From positions 1 through 39,686 of the forward strand of contig NW_021835551.1 in the NCBI RefSeq assembly GCF_006345805.1: a stretch of 39,686 nt of DNA, given 5' to 3'. Origin of the DNA: Octopus sinensis (Eukaryota). Within the stretch, counting starts at the first letter, position 1. Each line of letters begins with the position of its first letter. Below are positions 22,364-35,447 of this stretch, piece after piece. The notes beneath the pieces are model-generated. The model searched no databases. It worked only from the letters and a program-made list of their open reading frames with translations, and had not been told where the DNA came from. Made by a program: the position numbers and the translations under genes.

Positions 22364-23566
22364 ATGTCGATCGAAATAATTTCAGAGAAAAATTTACTGG
22401 AACAGCCAGTTAAGACATTTTCAGCAGTTACCGCGGTGGCTACTGAAAACGACGATCTACTAAAGGAAAAGCTCTCCGAGCTTTTTGAAAGAAATGAAAG
22501 AAGAGGGGGGGTGATATAAAAATATCACCCTCACCTAGTGTTGAAAAATTCTGCCAACCTACATGGGGAGACGAACTGCTCGAGTAAGAGTGACAGAAGT
22601 GCCACCTTAAGTTGATGTAAAAGAGGTGATGGTCACCCTGTTGTATAACAGGACGGACAAAATCGCCTTCCTTCAGATCACACGCTTTGCCCCGCAAAAC
22701 TGGCTCGGGCAGAGCATTTCTGCCATTATTCAGGGAACTCAGGAAGATATTGAAATGCTTCCAGAGAGGGTGCTCTTGGGTGAGGATATCGCCCTCAGAA
22801 TACAAGTAGAGGGCAAAAAGCCAACGTGTTAAGAATGTGTCAAAAAAGGCCACATCCGTATAGACTGTGATCAATGGAAAAGCAAAGTAGCGCAGTCAGC
22901 AGGCCCCTCAATTACAAAAAAAAACCCAAACCTACACACACATTAGCCTCCACAGAAACAAAAATTCTCACTCCTCCATCTGTGGTGCCCGCCCCCAGAC
23001 ACGACACCCAAAAACCTCAGACCATGCTTACACCAGTCCCGACAACGTCAAAATCATCCACCCCCTCTAAAATGGCACCAGAACATGTAACTCCCCGGAC
23101 GACATCATAGAGGTGGTTGAGGGGGAGTTCACAGCAGTTCGGAAACGAACACGCGTACCTTTCCCATCAACATCCCTCTCAAAAGAAAACGAAAAAGGAA
23201 GCACCACACCACAAAAAAAAAAATAAAAGAAACGAACCCGTCCCATTCTCCCACAAAGGAAAAAAGGAAAAAACGAAAGGTAATGAACAGAAACCCTGGT
23301 AAAATATGACACCAGAGGTAAAATATGACATACATTGAGGACATTATAAAAGATCACCAGACCACCACGCTGTTTGAACAGCACAAGGACTTAAGAGAAA
23401 TATGTGTCTGGATAGGGGAAGGCCTTTTCAGAAACTTAAGGACAGGCATCCAAAGACCATCGGGAGTATCCCGGACCTTCCAAGATATTTGAAGAAGGAG
23501 GAGGAGGAAAGGACTGCCTTATGTGTTGTGAGGTCAGCCCTAACATCGCCAATGAAGGGTAAGTAG
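22364..23566 (+). pseudogene. ORF1 (gag-like) of the Tx1-like element, disrupted
   Basis: Starts MSIEIISEK. C*ECVKKGHIRIDC at 22827-22868 is a C-x2-C-x4-H-x4-C knuckle with an in-frame stop. A P/S/T-rich and basic linker follows, with several frameshifts. Confidence 0.75.
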
Positions 23567-23593
23567 AACCCTTGAATATTTTTTTTGCTTGTT

Positions 23594-26403
23594 TTGGCTA
23601 CACTTAATCTTGGGTGTTTGAATGTGCGTGGTCTAGGCTCGAAGTGGAAGTAAGCTTGTTTCCTCGACGACTTCAGATCACATGATATGCATGTGATGGT
23701 TGCTACAGAGACCAAGCTGGACAGTCTATAACCCTTCTCGCCCCTCCTGAATGACTATAAGAAAATCATGTCTCCTAGCCAGACCAGAGGGAGAGGGGGT
23801 GTAGTAGTACTGGTTTGGAAAGACTTGGTTCTGCGGACAAGTACAGTCTATGTAGACCCTGAAGGTGGGCTGGTCGTCCTTGATGTGACATACAGCAGTA
23901 AGGCCTTCAGGTTGATCGTGCTAGAAGACTTCAAACTGATTTTTATCGGCACCTGGAGAACTTTCTCGTGACGTCGAAGACATTAGTGGTGTTAGGAGAC
24001 TATAATGCTATTATTGATAGCGTTGGCTCGATCTATAGGAAAGTGAACTCACGTCTCGTAGATCTGCTTAAGCGTTTTCAGCTAGCGGATCGCTACAGAC
24101 TTGACCATCCGAGCGTCCCAAAGTGAACCTGGATTAGCGGCGATGGAAGGTTTAAGTCTTACTTAGATAGGATAGTGATAAGAACTAGAGATAAGCCTAG
24201 TTTTAGCTGTCCACAGCTTGTACAAGAAGCTTACACTGACCATAGAATGGTTAAGTGTAGACTGGACATAGATAGTACAGTTAAGAGAGGATCCGGTTAC
24301 TGGAAGCTAAACAAGTCTATTTTGAATTGCGAAGTATACCGTAGCCGGATTAAGGAATTAGTACAGAGGGCGTTAACCGGCGCGGTGGTTAATAATCGAT
24401 GGCGGTTCGCCCTCCAGAGAGCCATTCGTTTTGAGTCTGTTAGATTTAGCCATCTGCTAAGACTGGATAAGACTGGAATAGAAGGGCAGCTAGTTAAGGA
24501 CCTAGAGGAAGCGTTGAGATTGGGTTCTGCATCACACGTTTTGGCAGCGAGAACGGCCTTGGACCGTCACCTCAAAGTTAAACATGAGGGGTGCAGAATT
24601 CGGGCTAAAGTGCGCGCATTGGGCCGTGAGGGAATTAATGTTGCCGGATGGGCCCGTACGGTAGAAACTCAGTGTGGAAATTATGCCACAATTAGGTCTC
24701 TCATTGATGATGGATAGGACGAGATGTGTGAGGTGCTTCACAAGCACTTTGCCGAGTTGTTCGGGAGGGGTGGAGCGCTTGATCATGGTGAGGCCCTAAG
24801 GGAGTTCCTGTCTGGTGGCCCACGTCTCTCGGCACGGGAGGCGGAGTGTTGTGAAGGGCCAATCACAGTCGAGGAAGTGATCGAGGTACTGGGTGAATGC
24901 CCCGGGGAGAGGTCGACGGGTCTCGATGGTGTGCCTTATGAATTTTACAAAAGTATGCCAGACTTGTTCGGGTACCTGCTGGCCAGCGTCGACGCCAATT
25001 GGCAGCAGAATGAAAAGGTTGGCGCGGGTCGTGGACAGACTTGTAGGTGAAGCGCAAACGTGCGCTATCACGGGCATGACGATCCACGACAATCTCCACC
25101 TTATACGCTACTCCTTAGAGAGGGTGGGGAAGCTTTCTGGCGCAAGGGGGGACACTGGCACATTTAGACCAATCCAAGGCATTTGATAGGGTCTACCATC
25201 GGTACTTGGTGGCGGTCCTCGAGAAGGCTGGCCCGACCTTCTGCGATTAGAGTGCTGCATTGTACAGCGACATCGAGTCTGTCATAAAAGTGAATGGTTT
25301 CTTTTCGAAGCCATTCAGAATCGAGCGCTCAGTGCGTCAGAGGTGTCCCCTGTCTCCGCTTTTGTATGTGTTGGCTCTGGAGCTATTACTGCGGAAGTTG
25401 GAGGTACTAGGGGGCACACCGCATGATCTATGGTGTGGAAGAGGAGCTATAGCGTATGCGGATGACATCTCCATCATCGTGGCGGATGGGAGCCAGCTTC
25501 CAGTGGTGGAAGAGGATATCAAAAGTTACGAGAGGGTGGCAGGAGCAAAGGTTAACAAGAACAAGTTGGTCGGTTTGCAACTTGGCACTTGGAGGGGAAA
25601 GCCGATGCCGTCCAATAACGTCGTGGGACGTTGGACAGAAGGTCCTGTTAAGCTGCTTGGAGTCTGGTTTAGGCCAGACCTCCAGATTGAGAAAAATTGG
25701 AGTGAGGTAGCCGGCAAGGTGGCTGCTCTAACTCAGACCTGGTCTGGGCGGGCGTTGTCCTTACTAGGAAAGGCGGAAGTGGTGCAGATGTTTATATCGT
25801 CGGTTATCACCGACCGCCTGACCGTGCTTCTTTGCCCCGATTTGTGGCTGAACAAGTTGGAGACAATCCTTTTCTGCTTTTTGTGGGAATAAGGAAACCA
25901 CTTGTGAAGCGCCCTGTCTGCTGCCAGAAACCGCTAAAGGGTGGGCTAGGGATGCCTTGGCTGAGGATGCGAAAACGCGCGTTAAGGTTGAGGCACCTCT
26001 GGCTTCACCTGGATTGAGAGCTGGTGTGGTCACCCGCACGTCCGGTTCCACCTTCCACAGTTAACGTCCTTAACGGACATTGGTAACTGGATCAAGCAGA
26101 GACCTAGGCAGGGGGACTGGCAAATGGAGTGTCGTCAGGCACTTCAGCTACTCTCTCGGGCGGGCAATGCCGGCAATAGGAGTTCCACCGCGGATTTTTA
26201 TAGCGGGTTAGTGGAAATTATGTCCGAAGACGCATTGGGGGAGACTCTGGGCTACGATGAAAATCAGTTGATCGACCTGTTCAGGAGAACTTTCGGGCCG
26301 GGGTACCTGGAAAATTACCAGAAATACCTGGCTTGGCAGTGCTTCCATGCGGCATTACCTGCTCGTTATAAACTTTTAAGGCACAGAAGTGCCGTCTCGC
26401 CGA
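23594..26403 (+). pseudogene. ORF2 (APE endonuclease + reverse transcriptase) of the Tx1-like element, disrupted
   Basis: LNVRGL, ETKL, GGVVVL, DPEG, LGDYN, SYLDRI, TDH, GYWKLNKSIL, GLDGVPYEFYK, IHDNLHLIRY, LDQSKAFDRV, VRQRCPLSPLLY, YADD (25455-25466), LLGVWF, GGLGMP, LAWQCFHAALP..RH..SP. Multiple stops and frameshifts. Confidence 0.92.
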
Positions 26404-26407
26404 TTGT

Positions 26408-26806
26408 ATCTGTCATTTGTCTGCGGATATGCTGAAGCACCACCTTTAGTCGAGAAAATCGACCCCAGCACATTCCTTGTAAGCCTAGTACTTATTCTAT
26501 AGGACTCTTTTGCTGAACCGCTACGTTACGAGGACGTAAACACACCAACACCGGTGTCAAACGATGGTAGGGACACAGACACACACAAACACACACGCAT
26601 ATATATTATATATATATATATACATACACGTATGTATATTTATGTGTGCAACGTGATTCTCTCAGTTTCCGTGTATCAAAATTCGCTCAAAGCCGTTGGT
26701 CGTCCCGGGGCTGTAGTACAAGATACTTGCGCAAGGTGCCACGCAGTGGAACTGAACCTAGAAATATCATGTTGGGAAGCAAGGTTCTTACCCCACAGCC
26801 ACTGCA
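26408..26806 (-). mobile_element. SINE family B (tRNA head + CORE-like domain + internal microsatellite + tail)
   Basis: Minus strand reads gcagtggctgtggggtaag..ggttcagttccactgcgtggcaccttgcgcaag; the tail gtcatttg.ctgcgg..atgctg.agcacc abuts the truncated LINE. Confidence 0.85.
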
Positions 26807-26823
26807 TACATACACACATACAT

Positions 26824-26908
<85 letters not shown>

Positions 26909-26963
26909 CATACAAATATACACAAATATACACCCATATATATATACATATATATATATATTA

Positions 26964-27006
<43 letters not shown>

Positions 27007-27685
27007 TATATATATATATATAATATATTATATATATATTATATGCAGGAGTGAAAGAGAAATAAAATGGAATTCACGATATTCTCTATAAATGACTACG
27101 ATCGTTTCGACCCATCATGCATCTGTTCGTCATGGGCGAGAGTCTGTACACCCGGTGCAATGTCAGTCTGTCTATCTATCTATTTCCCTATCTATCTGTA
27201 TGTATTCATATATGACATGCGCGTGCTTTACTAATTTTTTGCGTCATAGAATAAAACTCAGATGAAATTATCACCAATCGTCGAATTGATATTTTTACCA
27301 CATCACTGGTATCATAGTTTGACTGATATTTCATAGTTGTCTCCCTTTTGATTTGACTCCATAGAATTAAACAGTAACCATTAGACGTTGGTCTTGATCT
27401 CTTTATTAGAAAAGTTATTTTAGTTAACGAAATTGTATGGCCGGGGGTCAAGGAAATGTGTCTTTATTTCCCCACCAATGTATTAATTAATATTAATATT
27501 GATTATTAGTAAATAATTAAAATACCTAACAATATTATCTCACTAAGTGTGTGTGACTCTCTGTGTCTCTATATGTATGTACACACACATACACACTCAC
27601 ACAGATGTCTGCATATATTGGCATCCTTTCTGTCTCGGGAGACAATGGAGTTGCGCATGAAGTAGTCTAGTGTGCGTGTATATGT

Positions 27686-27734
<49 letters not shown>

Positions 27735-27745
27735 TATATATATAT

Positions 27746-27981
27746 AGTGATAATTTACAAAACAACAAAAGACGAAGACGGGTACGTAAACAACAAACAG
27801 ATGTATTGGTTTAGCGCTCGGGAAGTGAGAAAGTCTTTTTACGTTTCGAGCCTACGCTCTTCAACAGAAAGAATACAGAAATAAACAAGGAGAGAAAATG
27901 AAAAATGCTTAGTGGTTAGCGATCTATCGTGGCGAATGCCAGACACATGGTCAACACAGGAGAGCTAGGCAGAAGGGGAGA
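27746..27981 (-). mobile_element. ~235-bp (TA)n-flanked element carrying a hammerhead-like motif
   Basis: Non-coding, bounded by (TA)n on both sides, and containing the motif at 27834-27872. Confidence 0.6.
27834..27872 (-). ncRNA. Minimal type-I hammerhead ribozyme-like motif (A6 mutated)
   Basis: tcttt-CTGTTGA-A-GAGC-gtag-GCTC-GAAAC-GT-A-aaaaga. Confidence 0.55.
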
Positions 27982-28040
27982 TATATATATAAGATACAAG
28001 TTAGATGTATGAAAACCCTATATATATATATATTATATGT

Positions 28041-28338
28041 GGAGGCACATGGCCTAGTGGCTAGAGCAGTGGACTCGCGGTCGAGAGATCGAGGGTTCGT
28101 CTCTCAGACCGGCGATGTGTGTTTATGAGCGACAACACCTAAGCTCCACGTAGCTCCGACAGAGGGTAATGGCGAACTTCTGCTGACTCTTTCGCCACAA
28201 CTTTCTCTCACTCTTTTCTCCTGCATCTTGCAGCTCACCTGTGACGGACGGGCGTCCCGTCCAGGTAGGAAGCCTATGCGCCAAGAAAACCGGGAAACCG
28301 GCCCTAATGATCCAGGCATAGCTCGAGAAGGAACAAAC
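28041..28338 (+). mobile_element. tRNA-derived SINE family D (V-domain-like)
   Basis: A-box tggcctagtgg and B-box-like gggttcgtctc. The central ctgtgacggacgggcgtcccgtccagg resembles the V-SINE domain as I recall it. It sits between (TA)n tracts. Confidence 0.7.
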
Positions 28339-28809
28339 TATATATATATATCACGTCAATTGTAAATCGCTTTTACACGTTTTAACAATATCAACCATGT
28401 AAAGCGCAAACCACATCAGGGCTCACTTCATAATGGAAAACATACTGCAGGGTGAGCTGAATTTTATGATGTACACATTAGCAATATCCACAGGGGAATA
28501 GCTAGACCGTTATCAGATATACGGAGGCACCAGTGTGTTTGGCTTGTAAGGTGCTGTAACTTCAGAAGTGTATAACAGCAGTTTACTTGACTGAAAAAGT
28601 GAAGTATAGAAACATCAGTCTACCTGGCTGACAAGGTATTGAACTCTCCAAGAGTGTAGAAGCAACAGTTATCTAGGTTGATAAGGTGTTGTATTATCAA
28701 TACTTCCGTTTTCCTATTAAAATTACAGAATGAATTGAAGTTTACTAATTGCTGAAGTAATTAACGTTAATTGTATTAATTCTAATTAGAAACATTGGAG
28801 AAGCTGCAA

Positions 28810-29700
28810 CGTGCAGCGGTAGTAGTAGTAGTAGTAGTAGTAAAGGTGGTGGTGGTAGTAGTAGTTGTTGTAGTAATAGTAGTAGTAGTAGTAGTAGTAG
28901 TGGTAGTAGTAGTAGTAGTAGTAATAGTAGTAACGACCACTACAGCAGCAGCTTCAGCAGCATATGTAAGTGCCACACTAGAAATAGTAGTAACAACAAT
29001 AACCACAACAGCAGCGATACCAACAGCAACATCAACAGAAGCAGCAGCAGCAGCAGCAGCAGCAATAGCAGTGGTGATGGTGGTGGTGGTGGTGGTGGTC
29101 GTCGTCGTCGTACCAAACAAATCACTTTAATGATTAAAATCACTATCGTCATCACCATCATCATCTTCATAATCATCATCATCATCATCATCATCATCAA
29201 TCATCATCATCATCTTCACAATCATCATCATGACCATCATCATCATCATCATCATCGTCATCATCATCATGACCATCATCATCTTCACAATCATCATAAT
29301 CATCATGACCATCATCATCATCATCATCATCGTCATCATCATCATCACCATCATCATCTTCACAATCATCATCATCATCATGACCACCATCATCGTCATT
29401 ATCATCATCATCATCATCACAAAGGCGTCAATCAAGCGCCGCTGCCGCCGCCACCACGACCACCGTCGCCATGACGACGACGACGGCGGCGGCCACGACG
29501 ACGTGGACCGCCAGCCCCCATCACCCCCCATCGTTGGACCATAGAGGTGACATCTGTACCGTGTCAAACTGATCATTAATATCAATTGTATTGACACCAC
29601 AACTACTGGAACCCTCATCATCATCATCATCATCATCATCATAACCAACACCATCATCTTCATCGCCACCACCACCACCACCACCACCTCCACCACCACT
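28810..29700. repeat. Consecutive (GTA)n, (GCA)n, (GTG)n, (CAT)n and (CAC)n trinucleotide tracts
   Basis: Direct reading; these tracts explain the poly-T/V/A/H/I/M ORFs. Confidence 0.9.
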
Positions 29701-29774
29701 CTATAATAAATATTTCCTCTACCATTATTTACTGCTGCATATCGTCTTTTGTTGTCACAATAGCGCCATGCTTG

Positions 29775-30822
29775 TTCTCTCCCTCTCTCATTCCCTCTTC
29801 TGCTCTCTCTCTTTCTTTCTCTCTCTCTCTCTCTCCCTCTCTCACTCCCTCTTCTGCTCTCTCTCTCTCCCTCTCTCTCCCCCTCTTTATTCTTAGCTTT
29901 CTCTTCTTCATTCTCCCCCTCTCTCTCTTTCTCTCTGCATTTCTCGTCTGCTCGTTGTACCACGTGGTGTGTGTTGTATATTTTATTGTATACCTGAGAG
30001 AGGGAGATGAGAGAGAGAGAAAGAAAGAAAGAAAGAGAGAAGAGAGACAACAGAGGAAGAGAGAAAGAGAGAAAGAGAGGGAGAGGTAGGAAGGGAGGGA
30101 AAGAGAGGGAGAGAGAGAGAGAGATGGTGAAAGGGAAGAGTGCAAGAACGGAAGGAAAAAATGAACGAAACAGCATCAGTTCGATAGAAAAGTCGTGGCG
30201 AAAGTTAGCTGCAACTGCACAACATACACACAACTCTCCCTCTCTCTCTTTCTCTCTCCCTTTCTCTCTCTATTTATCCTTCTCTCTCTCTCTCTCTCTT
30301 TATCTCTGTCTCCCTGTATTTTCTCTCACTCCTTTCTCTCTCACCTTTCTCTCTTCTCTCACTCTCTGTCTTTCTCGCTCTCTCTCTTTCTCTCTCTCCT
30401 TCTTTCTCTCCCCTACCTATCGCTTTCTCTCTCTCCTCTCTCTCTCTCTTCGTCTCTTCCTCACCCTCTTTCTCTCTCTTCTATTTCTCATTCTCTCTCA
30501 CTTTCTGTCTCTTCCCTTCTCTCTCTTCTTCTATTCCCCCTTCTCTCTCCCTCTTTTCTCTCTCCCTTCCTCTCCCACTCGCCCTCTTTCTCGCTCTTCC
30601 TCTTTCTCTCTCCCTCTTTCTCTCTTTCCCTCTTTTCTCTCTCTTCTTCTATTCCTCCTTCTCTCTCACTTTCTTTTTCTCTCTCCCTCTTTTTCTCTCT
30701 CTCTTCCTCTACCACACGCCCTCTTTCTCTCTTTCCCTCTTTTCTCTCTCTTCTTCTATTTCTCCTTCTCTCTCACTCTCTGTCTCTTCTCTTCTCTCTC
30801 TCTTTCTCCTGCTGTACCTGAG

Positions 30823-30860
<38 letters not shown>
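29775..30860. repeat. Degenerate (CT)n / (GA)n / (CT)n polypyrimidine-polypurine blocks
   Basis: CT-rich 29775-29940, GA-rich 30000-30125, CT-rich 30235-30860. Confidence 0.9.
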
Positions 30861-30865
<5 letters not shown>

Positions 30866-31337
30866 CTGTTTTCAGTCTCTCAGTCTGAAGTAAGGCGTGA
30901 ATGAGAGCGGAAATATCACTACGTCCACCGGTTGACGCTGTACTAAGCAAAAATATAAAGCTCCCTGCCGGTTGCTACGGTTGGCATTGTTATAACAGTT
31001 GCTGTTGTTGTTGTTGTTAATCTCGCCATAATAGAATCACCTTTGCCTATCTGACAACTCTCTGACTGTAGTTCACCTTCACCACCGACACCTCGCCACA
31101 TCTCACAACCTGGTTACCAAGCTGAATGCGTGTGGCGCCCCCTCACATCTCACCAAATAGCTTCTACCTGACAACCACCTGACTAACAGCTCACCTTTAT
31201 ACCGTTACAGCATCTCTCTATTCAGACACATTACCTACCTGACTACCTGATAACCCACCTGATGCCACCTGGCTATGGCTTCCCCTTACATCCAGACATA
31301 TATAATCTACCTTGCTATCTGACTACCCAGCTGACTT

Positions 31338-31377
<40 letters not shown>

Positions 31378-32001
31378 CATACATACACACACATACACAC
31401 AAACACATATATATGTATGTATGTATGTATATACATATCTATACAATTCAAATTTCTACATGAGAGTATACTATTCACACACACATACACCCCCCCCCAC
31501 ACACACGACACACACACACGCACACACACACATCAATGTTTGCTTTTATGTTCAGTTATAATAAAAACAGTTCTACATTAACCTGGAGAGTTACTCCATA
31601 CTTTAGTAGAGTACAAATTTATTGTACTTAAACAAAAATTTTATTGATAGCGACTTCGAAGTTTCAGCCTGTTAGGCTTTGGTCTAAGTGCGATGAATTG
31701 AAGTTAATCTTGTCTTTACATAGTCTCAGTCAAGATGAAACCTTCCTGGGGTTTGTGGATCTGAGAGGAGTGGGAATTAGGTTTCAGGGTGGATTGTTAT
31801 GGAGACGTGCTTTGGAGAAATATTTATTGATTTGGGGTTACACACACACACACACCACACACCCACACATACACACACATATGTATGTATGCATGTATGT
31901 ATGTATGCATGTATGTATGTCTGTATGTCTGTATGTACATATGTATGTATGTATGTATGTATGTATTTATGTATGTATGTATGTATGTATGTATGTATGC
32001 A

Positions 32002-32408
32002 TACTCTTTTACTTGTTTCAGTCATTTCACTGCGGCCATGCTGGAGCACGGCCTTTAATCGAGCAACTCGACCCCGGGACTTATTCTTTTGTAAGCCCAG
32101 TACTTATTCTATCGGTCTCTTTTGCCGAACCGCTAAGTAACGGCGACATAAAAACACCAGCATCGGTTGTCAAGCAATGCTAGGGAGACAAACACAGACA
32201 CACAAACACACACACGCATATATATATATATATTTACATATATACGACGGGCTTCTTTCAGTTTCCGTCTACCAAATCCACTCACAAGGCATTGGTCGGC
32301 CGGAGGCTATAGTAGAAGACACTTGCCCAAGGTGCCACGCAGTGAGACTGAACCCGGAACCATGTGGTTGGTAAACAAACTACTTACCACACACCCACTC
32401 CGACGCCT
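32002..32408 (-). mobile_element. Full-length SINE family B inserted in a (TATG)n tract
   Basis: Head ggcgtcggagtgggtgtgtggtaagtag, B-box ggttcagtctc, CORE-like ggcaccttgggcaagtgtctt, tail gactgaaacaagtaaaagagta. Confidence 0.92.
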
Positions 32409-32751
32409 ATTGTATGTATGTATGTATGTATGTATGTATGTATGTATGTATGTATGTATGTACGTATGTATGTATGTATGTATGTATGTATGTATGTATG
32501 TATGTATGTATGTATATACACACACGGGGAGTGCTGAAGAGTTCCTGGCTTTAAATGTGTCGCGAAAGGCCTGGCTGGAGGCCCAACGTTTCGAGTTCTC
32601 TTATACGGCTTAGAAAAAACTGAAGGCCCACTGCAACAAGCGTGTGGAATTGAGAGAGGAATATGGTGAATAAAATCATAATAAACCGATCCTCCTGTAT
32701 TTTTCTTTAACCTAAAGCCCCCCCATCCAATATATATATATATATTTTCAA

Positions 32752-32955
32752 AATGTGACCTCGTGTGTACCGTTGGCGATTTTTTTCCTCTGTCTTCCCT
32801 TCTCTGGATCTTTCCTTCTCCTATGTTTCCGACGAAGAGCTCCGCTCGAAACCTTAAACCCCCCTTCTTTCCTTCTTTCCCGAGCGTCCAATGATACTAT
32901 ATTTGTTCCACGTCCTCGCGTTGTTGTGTTTTTTTGTGTTTTCTTGGTTGGATTA

Positions 32956-32960
<5 letters not shown>
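32752..32960 (+). mobile_element. ~210-bp (TA)n-flanked element carrying a hammerhead-like motif; same family as 38198-38300
   Basis: tgtgacc.cgt.tgta.cgttggcgatttt...tcttcccttct is shared with 38198. The element ends gattaactt-(TA)n. Confidence 0.7.
32825..32859 (+). ncRNA. Minimal type-I hammerhead ribozyme-like motif (U4 and G16.2 mutated)
   Basis: gttt-CCGACGA-A-GAGC-tcc-GCTC-GAAAC-CT-T-aaac. Confidence 0.55.
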
Positions 32961-33003
<43 letters not shown>

Positions 33004-33040
33004 TATGAGGAGAGAGAGAGAGAGAGAGAGAGAGATAGAT

Positions 33041-33095
<55 letters not shown>

Positions 33096-33633
33096 CATAC
33101 GCACACATACACACACACACACACACATACTTGAGCACCATCTGAATGTGGCTCATCTTAACACAATCTCAGAATATGCCAACTACCTGACTAACAACTC
33201 ACCTGTAGCACCTTTAAACAATCCCAATGCATATTATATACCATATCCCTGACAACCTGACAACCAGCTGATTGCGGCTGACACGTATAAAGTCACAAGT
33301 ACATTTCTAAATATTCCATCTTCCTCTTCACCTGCCTCTTTACGCACCCAACCATCATACCTACCAACGTTCTTACCTACCTACCTACCTACCTACCTAC
33401 CTACCTACCTACCTACCTACTTACCTATCTACCTACCTACCTACTCTCCTACCTACCTACATATATATACATACACACATAGATACATGCATACATACGT
33501 ATGTACATATATACATAAATACATGCATCCATAGATACGTACATACATACGTATAAATATATGCATAGATACATATATACATTCATATATACATACATAC
33601 ATACATACATACATACATACATACATACATACG

Positions 33634-33689
<56 letters not shown>

Positions 33690-34914
33690 CACTAGATCCG
33701 TCACTTCCGACATACTTACGTACGTACATCCATCCATCCATCAATCCATACATACATACATATATACATACAAATATATGTACCTACATGCATATATGCA
33801 TACATACAAAAATACATACGTATACATACATACATACATACATACATACATACATACATACATACATAAATATAGACTTACATACATACGCACCTACGTA
33901 CACACCAATATATCTGTCTATCTGCCGACCAATCTAGCTTTGTCCTTACTTATCTATGTATCTATTTCTCCCTCTCTATCTCTCCTTTCTCTATCTTCCT
34001 TACTCTTTCCTTTTCTGTATACACACGCACAAGAAACACACACGAATGTTTGCGCGCGCGTGCGTACGTGTGCGTGAGTGAGTGCGCGCGCGCGAGCGTG
34101 TGTATGTATACAGATATAAATACAGATGTTCGTTTGTTATGTTGTAATTTTAATTTTAAAAATTTAATTAATGGTTTACTCAATACATTTCTCAGGGAAA
34201 AAGCTCAATAGTGACCTCGAAGTTTCTGTTTGTTTGCCGTCGTTAGAATATATGTATGTACATGAGCGTGTATATGTGTGTTTGTGTGTGTGTGTTTACG
34301 CAATGGTGCGTGCGTATGTACATAAATACTTGTGCAAAATCCGCGGGTGGGCTAAATATAAAACGATAAACGTAAGTAAATTGTTTATTTTAAAACAAAA
34401 ACAAAAACTGTTGATCGCATTATATTTGAGTTAAGATATACATAAAGGTATTTGTTTAGTGATTTACTGACTCTTTACCCCTCCCCACCCAGTAATCTAA
34501 TTACCTTCCCTCCTGACCCTTTACCCACCAAACCACCTCTCTACCACCCCAGTTCATACCTACTTATTTACCTCGGTGCACCCCCACCACCGCAAGAACT
34601 ACCTCCTTATCTAGCAAATAGTCGACACATCTACTATCGTCCCCGCCCCGGTTAATTACGCACCTATTTTATCACTCTAGTTATCTTCCTGGCTTGTTAC
34701 CCACCCTCAGCCTATCTTACCCACCACAGCTAATTTCCTAACCCACCCTTCTGCATATCCACCTCCAACACCACTGTCTCCCTAGCTATATCTAGAGGCA
34801 CCAATGCACCAACCGACCTCTTACCAATTTAGCTATTTACCTGCATATCCATCTATCTAGCTAATTAGCAACTGATCAACCAATAAACCAACCTACACAC
34901 CAACCCACCAAACG

Positions 34915-35290
34915 ACCTACCAACCTATCTACCTACCTACCAACCTACCTACCTACCAACCTACCTATCTACCTACCTATCTACCTACCTACCTACCTAC
35001 CTACCTACCTACCTACCTACCTAACTACCTACCTACATAACTACCTACCTACGTACCTACCTACCAACCTACCTAACTACCGACCTACTACCTACCTACC
35101 TACCTACCTACCTACCTACCTACCTACCTACCTACCTACCTACCTACCTACATACCTACCTGCCTACCTACCTACCTAGCTACCTACCAACCTACCTAAC
35201 TACCTACCTACTACCTACCTACCTACATACCTACCTACCGACATACCTACCTACCTATCTACCTACCCACCTGCCTACATACATACCTAC
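34915..35290. repeat. (ACCT)n microsatellite; a shorter tract lies at 33372-33460
   Basis: Direct reading of the sequence. Confidence 0.95.
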
Positions 35291-35353
35291 ATATTTACCA
35301 ATTTATTGTCTTTTTCACTATTGACCTTATCGTTCCCTACATGTACATATACA

Positions 35354-35447
<94 letters not shown>

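Larger units (their letters stand above)
21717..26405 (+). mobile_element. Tx1-like (L1 clade) non-LTR retrotransposon, near full length, decayed, 3' end lost
   Basis: Repeated 5' region, ORF1 with a CCHC knuckle, and ORF2 with APE endonuclease, RT and the start of the C-terminal zinc domain. The exact 5' boundary is inferred from the break in the SINE head. Confidence 0.88.

Noticed and set aside
28590-28700. Faint similarity to a CR1 C-terminus (WN.LP..VEA..LDK)
   Set aside because: It needs several frameshifts and is too short to support.
29127-30888. Longest ORFs in the track (368 aa minus, 293 aa plus)
   Set aside because: They are translations of (CAT)n, (CT)n and (GA)n tracts that lack stop codons by composition, with no domain or splice support.
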